Origin: an uncultured Chloroflexia bacterium
Lineage (GTDB): Bacteria; Chloroflexota; Limnocylindria; Limnocylindrales; CSP1-4
Reading direction: 5' to 3'
Assembly (NCBI GenBank): GCA_963823925.1
Contig: CAWGNI010000001.1
Coordinates: 19,608 to 83,607, forward strand
Length of the DNA: 64,000 nucleotides
Of this stretch, positions 49,798 to 60,396 are shown one piece after another (the first letter of the stretch is position 1; each line of letters begins with the position of its first letter). The position numbers and the translations under genes are program-made. The notes under the pieces are model-generated. The model made no database searches and was not told the DNA's origin. It saw only the letters and a list, made by a program, of their open reading frames with translations.

Positions 49798-50352
49798 ATG
49801 ACCCGACCGGCCCCGACTCGCGCCATCGCCCGCCGGTTCGAGGCGGACCTCTCCGCCCCCGTCCTGGCGGCCGGCGACCGTCTGCCGAATGTCCGCCAGA
49901 TCAGCGAGCGAGTGGCGATGGGCCGCGCGTTGTGGCGCGAGCTCGTCATCGGGTTTGCCAGTCAGCTCGGCGAGCTGCGTCTCGGGTTCACCCAGCTGGC
50001 CGCCCTGTACGTGCTGGCCGATGGCAGCACGCTGACCGTGGGCGAGCTGGCGGAGTCGATCGGTCGTTCGCCGTCGGCGACGAGCCGGCTGGTCGATGGG
50101 CTGGTCCGACGCCGCCTCGTGGAGCGACACCAGGAGCCAGAGGATCGGCGACAGCGCACGCTTCGGCTGACCCAGCGCGGCCACGCCATCCTGCGGGTGG
50201 TCGATCGCGCCCGGGCCGATCAGTTCCTGTCCGCTGTCCGCCCCCTGCCCTCGGCCGAACGGGCGATCGTTGCGATGGGGGTGGCGGCGCTGGCCACCCA
50301 CGCCATCAGCCGGCGCGGCCGCCTGATCCGGACGTCGTCAACGCGGAGCTGA
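49798..50352 (+). CDS. MarR-family transcription regulator (start uncertain: 49765, 49798 or 49918)
   Basis: Winged helix LTVGELAESIGRSPSATSRLVDGLVRRRLVERHQEPEDRRQRTLRLTQRG. Divergent from fabD. Confidence 0.75.
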   Translation: MTRPAPTRAIARRFEADLSAPVLAAGDRLPNVRQISERVAMGRALWRELVIGFASQLGELRLGFTQLAALYVLADGSTLTVGELAESIGRSPSATSRLVDGLVRRRLVERHQEPEDRRQRTLRLTQRGHAILRVVDRARADQFLSAVRPLPSAERAIVAMGVAALATHAISRRGRLIRTSSTRS

Positions 50353-50358
50353 TCGCGG

Positions 50359-51765
50359 TCAGCCGCAGAACCCGCGGACGACGTCGTAGAGGACGGGCAG
50401 CCCCCAATGGAGGGCCGCGACCGAGACGCGCTCATCGACGCCATGGAACCGTTCGAGGAAGCGCTCGTCCGGATCGAGCTGGAGTGGCGAGAAGCCGTAG
50501 GTCGGCGTACCCACCGTGGCGGTGTGCTTGGCATCGGTGGCGAACGGGACCATGACCGGGAGCGGGATCGCCTCCGGATCATGGGCGCGGATCGTCGCCG
50601 CGAGGAGGTCGTACAGCGCGCCCTCGGCCGGGGATTCGGCAGGCGCACCGTAGACGATCAGCTCGATCGTGCACGAATCTGCGAGGTCCGCGACCGAGAC
50701 GTTCGACCAGCTGGGCCCGCATGTCGGGTTCCGAGGTGCCCGGCAGGACTCGACAGTCCACCTCGATCGTCGCCTCTCCCGGGATGACGTTGTACTTGAT
50801 CCCCGCATGGACCACGTCCGGGCTGATGCTGTCGCGCAGGAGCGCCCGGACGGTCCGGGCGTACATCGGGTCGCAGGCCCTGGCCATCGCCGCCTCGGCG
50901 CGACCCGGGTCATCGCCGGCGAGTCCATCGAGGATGGCTCCCGCTTCGGGTGGGAGGGCGGCGGAAGCGAGCCGCAGCGCGCGCCCCATCACGGGCGTCA
51001 CCCGGGTCGGACCCGGTACTGCCAATCGGGCGATCGCGGTCGCGGCAAGGACGGCGGCGTTGTCATCCCGAGGCATGGAACCGTGTCCAGCCGTCCCCTG
51101 GACGTGGATCCGATAGGCCGCAAAGCCCTTCTCGGCGACCTGGATCGGGTACAGGCGACGGCCGGCGATCGTCATCGACACGCCGCCGCATTCATTGAGC
51201 GCCCCGGCCGCGCGCAGCCACTCGGGCCGGTGCTCGGCCACCCAGCGCGCCCCGGCCAGGCCTCCGGCTTCCTCGTCGGCCGTGCAGGTGAACAGCACGT
51301 CCCGACGCAGGCCCGGGATCGGGTCACTCGCCGGATCGCGACCTGCGGCCCGGGCTTCGGCGGCAAGCGAGCGCACGACGCGCGAGCTCCATCGCGACCA
51401 TCGCCTTCATGTCGACCGCGCCACGACCATAGATGTAGCCGTCGACGAGGTCTGCCACCGAACGGGTCGTGACTCCAGCGTTCTGGCGGTGCGGGAACGA
51501 CATCGAGGTGCGACAACAGCAGGAGCGGCTCCCCACCGCTCCCGTCACCGTGCAGCCGGACATGGACGGAGCCGCGACCCGGCTCCGGCTCGATGATCTC
51601 CGGCACCAGACCGGCATCGGTCAGCATCGACCCGATCAGCCGCGCGGCGTCGAGTTCGCCAGCGGACCTGTCGGGCGGAGCCGGGTTCACCGACGGGATG
51701 CGGATGAGCTCGCGGACCGTCTCGACCAGGCTGTCCGTCGCGACGGTGGCCACGCCCGGCATCAC
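50359..51765 (-). pseudogene. M20-family metallopeptidase (ArgE/DapE/CPG2-like), three frame disruptions (about 51454, 51381, 50700)
   Basis: Four frames are needed. ORF 51172..51765 reads LIRIPSVNP...LLLLSHLDVVPAPPERWSHDPFGG. ORF 51324..51617 reads DLVDGYIYGRGAVDMKAMVAMELA. ORF 50579..51376 reads VVRSLAAE...FTCTADEEAGG...HVQGTAGHGSMP. ORF 50359..50928 reads VSVADLADSCTIELIVYGAPAESP...FATDAKH. Confidence 0.85.
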
Positions 51766-52046
51766 AGCGGCAGGCCCCCTGTCGCGATCGTGAGCGCCAG
51801 GCCGATGATGAAGCCACCGAACATCAGGGCGACGACCATCGCCACGAGGAGCCTGCCCAGGCGCCGCTCTTCTTCAAGCGCTGGGCCGGGGTCGGGGTCT
51901 CGACCGCCCGCGATATAGGGCGCGTCGAGTCCCTTGGCCCGGGCGATCTGGGCTCGCGGCGAATCGTATTCGGCCGGATCGGGCGGCAGCGTGTCAGGTC
52001 GTGCTTGACGCACCGGGCCCGCGGTCGGTGGGGTTCCCTCGGTCAT
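51762..52046 (-). CDS. Small membrane protein, 94 aa, one C-terminal TM helix
   Basis: ORF 51762..52046, ending in LGRLLVAMVVALMFGGFIIGLALTIATGGLPL. GTGA overlap with the M20 gene start. Confidence 0.45.
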   Translation of the reverse strand: MTEGTPPTAGPVRQARPDTLPPDPAEYDSPRAQIARAKGLDAPYIAGGRDPDPGPALEEERRLGRLLVAMVVALMFGGFIIGLALTIATGGLPL

Positions 52047-52991
52047 CGGTCCATGATGCCACCGAACACGGTCCCCGCATCACGAGCGTGTCCGGCAGCG
52101 GCTCGTAGCCGAGCCGCGCGTTGATCGCGCGCATCGGGGCGTTGTCGACGTCATTGCCGGCCTCGAGCGCCTCGAGGCCATTGGCGATGGCCCAGCCGAT
52201 CGTCGCCCGCTTCAAGGCGCCCGCCAGGCCACGCCCACGCAGACTCGAGCGACCGCGGTGTTGGCGTGCCAGGCGCGCTCCCGCCCGCCAGCCATGAGCA
52301 ACAGGCTCGCGAAGCCGGCCACGCGGCCCGTTCGATCATCGAGCGCGATCATGAACCCGTCAGCCGGGATCCCGGGGCGATCGACGTCACGGGTGCGAAA
52401 CTCCGCGAGGTCGCCCGCGGCGATCGGCTCGTCGCCCCCAGGAATATCCTCGTACGCCTGGACGGCGACGTCGTGGACCCCGGAGATGAGATCGGGCCTC
52501 GTCGCGAGTGTCGTGATACGGATGCCAGTCGGTGGCTCGATGTCCGGGATGGGGCAGCCGGCCAGACGCAGCTCGACGGTCTTGCTTCGCTCGTACTCGA
52601 GGAAACCGCGATGGGTCAGGAAGGCGATCCCCTCGGGTCGGGCATCGCTGGCGGGGAGGTGGAGCGCCACCTTGCCCGCCACTCGCGCGTGTTCGGACAC
52701 GGCGATCAACAGAGCCGTGCCGATCCCCCGGCGACGGGACTCGGGCACGACTCCGATCGTCGCCCAGAACGCATCGAAGTCCGGCGGATGGACGTACATC
52801 CGACCGGCCGTGCCGAATCCGATTGAACGGCCGTCGGATTCAGCGAGCAGGCGCATCGTCCCAGGAAATGTCGCCGCCGCCCAGCGGATCTCCTCGACAC
52901 TGGTCGGATCCTCCGGGGAGACGCGACCGACGAGCTCCGCGATCAACGAGAAGTCGGCGTCGCCCTCGGCGGGCCGGGTCCGGAACGTCAC
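51994..52991 (-). pseudogene. Two-domain GNAT acetyltransferase, frame-disrupted near 52240-52255
   Basis: ORF 52212..52991 (VPESRRRGIGTALL, the first GNAT motif A) continues in ORF 51994..52215's frame (LRGRGLAGALKRATIGWAIANG...NAPMRAINARLGY). GTGA overlap with the ilvD stop. Confidence 0.75.
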
Positions 52992-54712
52992 AAGAGGTTG
53001 GCCGTCATCCGTTCTCCGGTCGTCACCGCACCGGCGGACGCCGATCCGACCAGTGCCGCGTACTTGGCCATGACGCCGGACCGATACCGGGCGCCGGGCG
53101 GCGTCCAGCGCTCGAACCGTCGCGCGACTTCGTCGGCCGGCACGTCGAGATCGAGTGCCGATCGATCGACGTCGATGACGATGGTGTCGCCCTCCTCGAC
53201 GATCGCGATCGGTCCACCCAGCGCGGCTTCCGGGGCGACGTGCCCGATCATCAGGCCGTGGGTGCCGCCGGAGAACCGACCATCGGTCAGGAGGGCGACC
53301 GAATCACCGAGCCCTTCACCGACGAGGGCTGCCGTGACCGACAGCATCTCCTGCATCCCGGGTCCGCCGACCGGCCCTTCGTAGCGGATGACCACGACGT
53401 CGCCCGGGACGATCCGCTGGGATCGCACCGCGTCGTAGCAGGCGCCCTCGGAGTCGAAGACCCGGGCTGGGCCGCGGTGCTGCCGTCGCTCGTGGCCGGC
53501 CAGCTTGACGACGCAGCCATCGGGTGCCAGCGAGCCGTGCAGGATCGCCAGGCCACCGGTCGGCTTGAGCGGCGTCTCCAGCGTCCGGACCACGGTCTGG
53601 CCCGGCGTCTCGGTGACTTCGGCGGCGATCTCGGCGATCGTCCGCCCGTCGACGGTCGGGGCGTCACCGTGCAGGAGGCCAGGCCGCTTGAGCAGCTCGC
53701 GCATGACGAGGGCCACGCCACCGGCCTCGAACATGTCCAGCGCCGTGTACCGCCCGCCGGGCTGCATGTCGCCGATATGTGGCGTCCGGTCTGCGATCGT
53801 CCCGAACTCGTCGATGTCGAGCGGGATGCCGAACTCGTGGGCGATGGCCAGCAGGTGCAGGACGGCGTTGGTCGACCCGCCGGTCGCGGCAACGCTGGCG
53901 ATCGCGTTTTCGAGCGACGCCCGGGTGACGAACGTCGATGGGCGGACGTCCCGTCGGACGAGATCCATGATCAGTTCGCCGGTCCGGTGGGCGGCGGCAT
54001 CCTTGGCCGGATCCTCGGCCGGGATCCCGTTGAGGCCGGCCGGGGACAGGCCGAGGAACTCCATCGCGGTGCTCATCGTGTTGGCCGTGTACTGGCCACC
54101 GCAGGCGCCCGGGCCAGGGCAGGCAGCGTTCTCGATCTCGTACAGCTCGTCGAGGCTGATCCGGCCCGCTCGGTACGCGCCGATCGCCTCGTAGACGGTG
54201 ACGACCGTGGCGTCACGCCGACCCTGGTACACGCCCGGATTGATCGTCCCGCCATAGAGCACGATGCCGGGGATGTCGAGGCGGCCGAGCGCCATGGCCG
54301 CCCCGGGCGTGGTCTTGTCGCAGCCGACCACGCAGACGACGCCGTCGAACATCTGGCCACGGGCGACGAGCTCGATCGAGTCGGCGACGACCTCGCGGCT
54401 GACGAGCGAAGTCTTCATCCCCTCGGTCCCCATCGTCACCCCGTCGCTGATGGCGATCGTGTTGAACTCCATCGGCGTGCCGCCGGCGGCACGGATGCCC
54501 GCCTTCACGAACTCGGCCAGGTGCCGTTGGTTGATGTTGCACGGCATCGTCTCGATCCAGGTCGTCGCCACCCCGACGATCGGCCTGGCAAGGTCCTCGT
54601 CGGTGAACCCGATGGCCTTGAGCATCGCCCGTGCACCGGCCCGATCGGGGCCATCGGTGATCGTGGCGGAATGTCGCTTGGCAGGATCGGAGATGGGGCG
54701 CTGATCAGACAT
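52988..54712 (-). CDS. ilvD: Dihydroxy-acid dehydratase
   Basis: ATG 54712 inside ORF 52988..54754. 574 aa with CDKTTPGAAMA, CPGPGACGGQYTANTM and LLTDGRFSGGTHG. Confidence 0.95.
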   Translation of the reverse strand: MSDQRPISDPAKRHSATITDGPDRAGARAMLKAIGFTDEDLARPIVGVATTWIETMPCNINQRHLAEFVKAGIRAAGGTPMEFNTIAISDGVTMGTEGMKTSLVSREVVADSIELVARGQMFDGVVCVVGCDKTTPGAAMALGRLDIPGIVLYGGTINPGVYQGRRDATVVTVYEAIGAYRAGRISLDELYEIENAACPGPGACGGQYTANTMSTAMEFLGLSPAGLNGIPAEDPAKDAAAHRTGELIMDLVRRDVRPSTFVTRASLENAIASVAATGGSTNAVLHLLAIAHEFGIPLDIDEFGTIADRTPHIGDMQPGGRYTALDMFEAGGVALVMRELLKRPGLLHGDAPTVDGRTIAEIAAEVTETPGQTVVRTLETPLKPTGGLAILHGSLAPDGCVVKLAGHERRQHRGPARVFDSEGACYDAVRSQRIVPGDVVVIRYEGPVGGPGMQEMLSVTAALVGEGLGDSVALLTDGRFSGGTHGLMIGHVAPEAALGGPIAIVEEGDTIVIDVDRSALDLDVPADEVARRFERWTPPGARYRSGVMAKYAALVGSASAGAVTTGERMTANLL

Positions 54713-54774
54713 CGGTCTCTCCTCGGCGGACCCGGATGGCGGTCCGTGCTCCAAGAACCCTACACGGCTCGGGC

Positions 54775-55965
54775 TTACGATTCAGCGATGCAGGCCCCGG
54801 TCCCGATGGGACTCGTCCGCCCCAGACCCGGTGCGATCCGGACCGCGACCTCCGTCGGGGACAACGCATAGCCGACGGTGGGGTCGGTCCGAGCCTCGGC
54901 GAACACGACCCCACCGACGGTGCCGTCCTGGAGGACCAACGGTCCGCCACTGTCACCCTTCGCGATGTCCGCGCGCAATTCGACGATCTGGCGGCGGACC
55001 TGACTCGTCCCGTAGATGTCGTAGCCGGTCGCCGAGTATCGCGCCGAGACCGCGACCGGCAGGATCGTCAGTGGCCCGCCTGCCGGGTAGCCGAGCGTCG
55101 CACCGACGGCACCTCGGTCGGGATCGGCCGCCGCGAATCGGAGGGCCGGCGCGTCCAGCGCCGGGACATAGAGCACCGCCACGTCGAAACTCGGATCGAA
55201 CAGCACGACCGTGGCGTCGACCGGTCCGAGTGACGGCAGCTTCGCCCGGATCCCGCGTCGTCCGGCTCCGGCCACGACATGCGCATTCGTGACGATGTAG
55301 TGCGGAGCCACCACGAACCCGGAGCCGACGGACTCCAGGCCGCACGTCGCGGCCGAGACCTTGGCCGTGCTCGCTTCGGCCGCTGCCGCGATCGCCCGCG
55401 CCGTCGGGTCGCTGGGTCGGTCGACAGCGGGCGCAGGGATGGGCTCGAAGCCGACGAACACATCGGGCAGCCCGGTCGAGTCGATCCAGCCGCCGAGCCC
55501 GGTCGCGACCTCCGTCGCCGGCGGCAGGATCGAGGACAGCGTCCGAACCGCGGTCGAGCCGCCGGCGGCTTCGGCCAACCTCGGGACCGGGCCTTCGATG
55601 AACAGGCCACCGGCAAGCCAGACGATGAGCAGGACCTGGACGACCCCCAGGCCGGCGCCGACGGTGCGGTCGGCTGCCCCGGCGAAGCCGGTCCCGAGCC
55701 GGACCGCGATGCTCCGCCCGATGGCCGAACCGATCGATTCACCGAGCCCGACGGCCGCGACGAGGATGACGAGGACGACGAGCGGACGGTAGCTGGGATC
55801 GACCCCGGACAGCGGGTCGGCCAGGTGGGGGAGGAGCAGGATCGCGAGGGCACCGCCGCCGATCGCGCCGAGCAGGCCCATGACCTGCGGGATCGCTCCG
55901 GAACGCCAACCGAGGACGAGGGCGATGACGATCAGGGCCAGGGTGAGGGCGTCGACCGGGTTCAC
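54775..55965 (-). CDS. MarP-like membrane serine protease (CvpA-type 4-TM anchor + S1C trypsin-like domain)
   Basis: GTG 55965 inside ORF 54775..56094. TM region followed by GSGFVVAPHYIVTNAHVV (His), DVAVL (Asp) and GDSGGPLV (Ser). Confidence 0.85.
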   Translation of the reverse strand: MNPVDALTLALIVIALVLGWRSGAIPQVMGLLGAIGGGALAILLLPHLADPLSGVDPSYRPLVVLVILVAAVGLGESIGSAIGRSIAVRLGTGFAGAADRTVGAGLGVVQVLLIVWLAGGLFIEGPVPRLAEAAGGSTAVRTLSSILPPATEVATGLGGWIDSTGLPDVFVGFEPIPAPAVDRPSDPTARAIAAAAEASTAKVSAATCGLESVGSGFVVAPHYIVTNAHVVAGAGRRGIRAKLPSLGPVDATVVLFDPSFDVAVLYVPALDAPALRFAAADPDRGAVGATLGYPAGGPLTILPVAVSARYSATGYDIYGTSQVRRQIVELRADIAKGDSGGPLVLQDGTVGGVVFAEARTDPTVGYALSPTEVAVRIAPGLGRTSPIGTGACIAES

Positions 55966-56017
55966 GAGCCGATCGTCGCACAGGTGGACCGGATGCGCCC
56001 TCCGTGGGGGCCGTGCG

Positions 56018-56641
56018 TCAGTGCGCTCCGCCGAGCGTGTCCACCCGGGCCGGATGGTCTGCTTCCCAGGCGCCGATGGCAGCATCCTTCGCAAGGAGGT
56101 AGCCGATCTCGTCGGTGCCGGCCAGGATCATCTGCTTGGCGAAGGGATCGATCTCGAAATCGATGGTCGTGCCATCCGGAAGCAGGATCCCCTGCTCGGC
56201 CAGGTCCACGGTGATATTCGCGTCCGGGTCGCTTGCGACGAGGTCGAACAATCGAGCGTGGGTCGGCCGATCGACGACGATGGGCAGCACGCCGTTCTTG
56301 AGGCTGTTGTTGCGGAAGATATCCGCGAAGGACGTCGACAGGATGGCTTTGACGCCCCACGCCGCGAGTGCCCACGGGGCGTGTTCCCGGGATGAGCCGC
56401 AGCCGAAGTTGTCACCGACCAGGAGGATCTGCCGTCCGGACATCTCTGGCCGGTCGATGACGAAGTGAGGCTCCGTGAGCGACCCGTCGGGTCCGAACCG
56501 CCAGTCGCGGAAGAGGGCCTCGGCGAGCCCCTCCTTGTCGGTCACCTTCAGGTATCGAGCCGGGACGATCTGGTCGGTGTCGACATTCTCCGCCGGCAGG
56601 GGGATGACCCGACTGGTGAACATGGTGAACGGCTCGGCCAC
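56018..56641 (-). CDS. leuD: 3-isopropylmalate dehydratase small subunit
   Basis: GTG 56641, 2 nt after the leuC stop (alternative ATG at 56623). NVDTDQIVPARYLK and GDNFGCGSSREHAPWAL. Confidence 0.9.
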   Translation of the reverse strand: MAEPFTMFTSRVIPLPAENVDTDQIVPARYLKVTDKEGLAEALFRDWRFGPDGSLTEPHFVIDRPEMSGRQILLVGDNFGCGSSREHAPWALAAWGVKAILSTSFADIFRNNSLKNGVLPIVVDRPTHARLFDLVASDPDANITVDLAEQGILLPDGTTIDFEIDPFAKQMILAGTDEIGYLLAKDAAIGAWEADHPARVDTLGGAH

Positions 56642-56643
56642 GG

Positions 56644-58089
56644 TCAGCGTCCCCCGAGGTCGGCCAGGGCCTCGATCCCCGGCAGCCGCCGCGGATCGGC
56701 GACGGCGCCGGCGATGGCGCTCGCGGCCGCGGTCAGGGGTGACGCCAGGAACGTCCGACCGCCCTTGCCCTGGCGTCCTTCGAAGTTGCGGTTGCTCGTG
56801 CTCACGGCGTACTGCCCGGGTTGGAGCTGGTCGCCATTCATGGCGATGCACATCGAGCAGCCGGCCTCGCGCCATTCGGCGCCGGCGGCCTTGAAGATCT
56901 CGGCCAGGCCTTCCTGTTCTGCTTCGCGCTTCACCTCGTCCGACCCCGGCACCACCATCAGCCGGACGCCGGCGGCGACATGGCGGTCCTTGAGGACTGC
57001 CGCCGCGAGCCTGAGGTCGCTGATCCGACCATTGGTGCAGCTCCCGACGAAGACGACGTCGACCTTCTGGCCGAGGATCGGCTGGCCCGGCCGGAGGTCC
57101 ATGTACTCGAGCGCGCGCTCCAGCGCCCGTCGCTGGGCCGGGTCGTCCTGGTCCTCCGGCGATGGGACCGGGCTCGAGATCGGGACGCCCATCCCGGGAT
57201 TGGTGCCGTAGGTCACCATCGGCTCGAGTCCGTCGGCGTCGATCGTGATCGCACGGTCGTAGACCGCGCCGTCATCAGTCGGGAGCCTGCGCCAGCGCGC
57301 GACGGCGGCATCCCAATCCGACCCGGCCGGTGCGTGCGTGCGGCCGTGCAGGTAGTCGAACGTCGTGTCGTCGGGGGCGATCAGCCCAGCGCGGGCTCCA
57401 CCCTCGATGCTCATGTTGCAGATGGTCATCCGCTGTTCCATCGTCAGGCCGCGGATGGCCGTGCCCGTGTACTCGAACACATGCCCGGTCCCGCCGCCGA
57501 TCCCGATCCGTGTGATCAGCGCGAGGATGATGTCCTTGGCGCTGACGCCCGGCTGGAGGCGGCCGTCCACCCGGACCTCGAACGTCTTCGGATCGCGCTG
57601 AAGGAGCGTCTGGGTGGCCAGGACCATCTCCACTTCGCTCGTGCCGATACCGAAGGCCAGCGCGCCGAACGCTCCGTGCGTGCTCGTGTGCGAGTCGCCG
57701 CATACGATCGTCATCCCCGGCTGGGTCAACCCGAGCTGCGGCCCGATGACGTGGACGATCCCCTGGGCGGGATCGCCGATACCGTGGAGCGGGATCCCGA
57801 ACTCCGCACAATTGGCCTCGAGCTGGTTCACCTGGGCGAGGGCCATCGCATCAGCGAACGGCAGGCTTCGGTCGGTCGTCGGGATGGAGTGGTCGGCGGT
57901 CGCCACGGTCTGCCCGGGACGCCGGACCGTCAGGCCACGCGCGCGCAGCCCGGAGAAGGCCTGCGGACTCGTGACCTCGTGGACGAGGTGGAGGTCCACC
58001 CCGAGCACCGCCGGCGCCCCCGGGTCCTGGGTCACGACGTGATCCGTCCAGATCTTGTCGACGATGGTGCGCGGGATGGGTGCGGTCAT
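56644..58089 (-). CDS. leuC: 3-isopropylmalate dehydratase large subunit
   Basis: ATG 58089; only the last 481 aa of the 1172-aa ORF 56644..60162 are used. [47 protein letters not shown] and NRNFEGRQG. Confidence 0.95.
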   Translation of the reverse strand: MTAPIPRTIVDKIWTDHVVTQDPGAPAVLGVDLHLVHEVTSPQAFSGLRARGLTVRRPGQTVATADHSIPTTDRSLPFADAMALAQVNQLEANCAEFGIPLHGIGDPAQGIVHVIGPQLGLTQPGMTIVCGDSHTSTHGAFGALAFGIGTSEVEMVLATQTLLQRDPKTFEVRVDGRLQPGVSAKDIILALITRIGIGGGTGHVFEYTGTAIRGLTMEQRMTICNMSIEGGARAGLIAPDDTTFDYLHGRTHAPAGSDWDAAVARWRRLPTDDGAVYDRAITIDADGLEPMVTYGTNPGMGVPISSPVPSPEDQDDPAQRRALERALEYMDLRPGQPILGQKVDVVFVGSCTNGRISDLRLAAAVLKDRHVAAGVRLMVVPGSDEVKREAEQEGLAEIFKAAGAEWREAGCSMCIAMNGDQLQPGQYAVSTSNRNFEGRQGKGGRTFLASPLTAAASAIAGAVADPRRLPGIEALADLGGR

Positions 58090-58233
58090 CGCCGGAGCGT
58101 ACCAGAGGCTCCGCCAATGGCTCCGGGACGAGGTTGCGGCAGGACGATCGGGTGCGGTTGACGCAGCGCGGAACCCTGCTAGACTGCCGCCACGCCATGG
58201 GACCGCTGTGGCCGAACGATTTTGGAGACCCGA

Positions 58234-58434
58234 TTGGGCTGGTTCGGATCCGGAGATCGCCGCAAGGTCGCCGTCGTCGTGACGTCGGATGGCCGGCGCG
58301 TCCACGTGCCGATCGATCCCGTCGATGTATCGCTTCTCGACCTTCTTCTCGCGCTTCCGGGGCTTGGCGGCCTTCTTGGGCTGATTACCGGCTCCCGGCG
58401 GGACCGAGGGACACGGAGCGACGAGCGACACTAG
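58234..58434 (+). CDS. Candidate ilv-leu leader ORF (66 aa, Val/Leu/Ile-rich); speculative
   Basis: TTG start with GGAG 6 nt upstream. [54 protein letters not shown]... has 20 of 66 residues V/L/I, and 7 of 10 Leu use the rare-looking CTT codon. Its stop lies 22 nt before the terminator stem. The antisense reading (Lys-rich, in frame with leuC) is an equally open frame. Confidence 0.25.
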   Translation: MGWFGSGDRRKVAVVVTSDGRRVHVPIDPVDVSLLDLLLALPGLGGLLGLITGSRRDRGTRSDERH

Positions 58435-58456
58435 CTCGACACCACCGATCAACCTC

Positions 58457-58493
58457 AGACCCTCGCCGGGACGGCGGGGGTCTTTCGTTTTGT
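58457..58493 (+). terminator. Intrinsic terminator / attenuator in the ilvB 5' leader
   Basis: AGACCCTCGCC-gggac-GGCGGGGGTCT is an 11-bp stem (one G:U pair), followed by TTCGTTTTGT. It sits 29 nt upstream of the ilvB ATG and before its GGAGGA Shine-Dalgarno. Confidence 0.6.
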
Positions 58494-58521
58494 CCGGACA
58501 CCACACGGAGGACCCGACCAG

Positions 58522-60396
58522 ATGACGATCGCCAAGGGAGACCCGACGGAACCATCGCGGACGTCGGCCCGGCCGGCCGCGCGGCGCAGCCACGTGCCCA
58601 ACGACGGGACCGTGGAAGCGGCTGCGGTCGAGCGTGCCCGAAAGAGCATGCTCCACGAGGGGCGCGACCTGAAGCGGACGCGGATCGGTGCCGACGTGCT
58701 CTGCGAGGCGCTCCTCCGGCAGGGGGTCGACGTCTTCTTCAGCTATCCGGGCGGGGTGATCCTGCCGCTCTACGACATCCTGGCCGACTACCCCGAGTTG
58801 CGCCACATCCTGGTCCGGCACGAGCAGGGCGGCGCACACGCGGCCGACGGGTACGCCAGGGTCACGGGCCGGGTCGGGGTGTGCATGGGCACGTCCGGAC
58901 CTGGCGCCACCAACCTCGTGACCGGGATCGGAACGGCCATGCTCGATTCGATCCCCATGGTGGCCATCACCGGCAACGTCATGGCGGCGCTCATGGGCAA
59001 GGACGCCTTCCAGGAGATCGACATCAACGGCATCACCCTGCCGATGACCAAGCACAACTACCTGGTCCGCGATGCCGACGAGTTGCCCCGCGTCATCGCC
59101 GAGGCCTTCCACATCGCCCGGAGCGGTCGTCCCGGCCCGGTTCACATCGACATCGCCAAGGACGCCCTCCAGCAGGAGACACGGGTCGAGCACCCGAGCG
59201 ACACGGAGGTGGTCGCGGGCCTGCCCGGGTTCCGCCCGAACTTGGACGGCCATCCACGCCAGCTCAAGCTCGCCGCGGCCGAGATCGCGGCGGCACAACG
59301 GCCGGTCATCCTGGCCGGACACGGCGTCCTCCATGCGGAGGCCTGGGACGACCTGGTCGCCTTCGCCGAGAAGGCGCAGATCCCGGTCGCGTGGACGCTG
59401 CTCGGCATCGGCGCGATCGATGAGGAGCACCCGCTTGCCTATGGATACATGGGCATGCACGGCTGGAAGCACGTCAACCGGGCGATCCAGACGGCCGACC
59501 TCCTGATCGCCGTCGGGATGCGCTTCGATGACCGGGTGACCGGGAACGTGCGGACCTACGCGCCGTATGCCCGGATCATCCATGCCGACATCGACCCCGC
59601 GGAGATCGGCAAGAACGTCGCGGTCGAGGTCCCGATCGTGGGCGATGCGAAGCGCGTGCTCCAGGCCCTGACCGGCCTGATCGAGAAGGTCGATCCGTCG
59701 GTCCGAACCGGGTACCTCGCCCAGCTTGCGGAATGGAAGACCGAATCGGTCGCCTCGAGTTGGCATGGGTCCGGGGCATGGCAGGCCGGCCTCCTGTCGG
59801 CCGACTACGTGGTCGAGCGGATCGGTGCCCTGACCGACCACGAGGCGACGTACGTCGCCGATGTCGGCCAGAACCAGATGTGGCTCGCCCGCTACACCGG
59901 GTTCCGGAACCCGAACAGCCACGTCAGCTCCGGCGGTCTCGGCACGATGGGCTTCTCGGTCCCGGCGGCCATGGGCGCGGCACTCGGCCGGCCCGACCGG
60001 GAGACCTGGGCGATCACCGGCGATGGCGGTTTCCAGATGACCTTCCAGGAACTGATGACCCTTGTGGCCGATCACATCCCGGTCAAGATCGCGCTCCTCG
60101 ACAACAAGAAGCTCGGGATGATCCGGCAATGGCAGGAGATCATCTATGCCGGCAACTACCACTCGTCCAGCCTGCCCGGACCGGATTTCGCAAAGCTCGC
60201 CGACGCGTTCGGGATCCCGGCCTTTCGGGCCCGGACGCCGGATGAGGTCGACGATGTCATCCGGGCCGCCCAGGCGGTCGACGGCCCGGCGCTCATCTGG
60301 TTCGAGATCGCCGAGGAGCAGAACGTCTTTCCGATGATGCCGGCCGGCAAGGGCCTGTCCGACCTCATCGAGAACTGGGGCGGGGCGGACGAATGA
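58522..60396 (+). CDS. ilvB: Acetolactate synthase (acetohydroxy-acid synthase) large subunit
   Basis: 624 aa, GGAGGA 9 nt upstream (alternative start ATG 58648). [23 protein letters not shown], and TPP motif [15 protein letters not shown]...ITGDGGFQM. Confidence 0.95.
   Translation: MTIAKGDPTEPSRTSARPAARRSHVPNDGTVEAAAVERARKSMLHEGRDLKRTRIGADVLCEALLRQGVDVFFSYPGGVILPLYDILADYPELRHILVRHEQGGAHAADGYARVTGRVGVCMGTSGPGATNLVTGIGTAMLDSIPMVAITGNVMAALMGKDAFQEIDINGITLPMTKHNYLVRDADELPRVIAEAFHIARSGRPGPVHIDIAKDALQQETRVEHPSDTEVVAGLPGFRPNLDGHPRQLKLAAAEIAAAQRPVILAGHGVLHAEAWDDLVAFAEKAQIPVAWTLLGIGAIDEEHPLAYGYMGMHGWKHVNRAIQTADLLIAVGMRFDDRVTGNVRTYAPYARIIHADIDPAEIGKNVAVEVPIVGDAKRVLQALTGLIEKVDPSVRTGYLAQLAEWKTESVASSWHGSGAWQAGLLSADYVVERIGALTDHEATYVADVGQNQMWLARYTGFRNPNSHVSSGGLGTMGFSVPAAMGAALGRPDRETWAITGDGGFQMTFQELMTLVADHIPVKIALLDNKKLGMIRQWQEIIYAGNYHSSSLPGPDFAKLADAFGIPAFRARTPDEVDDVIRAAQAVDGPALIWFEIAEEQNVFPMMPAGKGLSDLIENWGGADE

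Noticed and set aside
52532-54871. 779-aa plus-strand ORF
   Set aside because: Antisense to ilvD and the GNAT gene, with Arg/Gly/Asp-rich composition and no recognisable domain.
56644-60162. 1172-aa ORF, the third-longest in the track
   Set aside because: Only its last 481 codons (from ATG 58089) are LeuC. The upstream 690 codons are the antisense shadow of ilvB plus the intergenic region, Arg/Gly/Asp/Pro-rich with no motifs. Stops are simply rare in GC-rich antisense frames.
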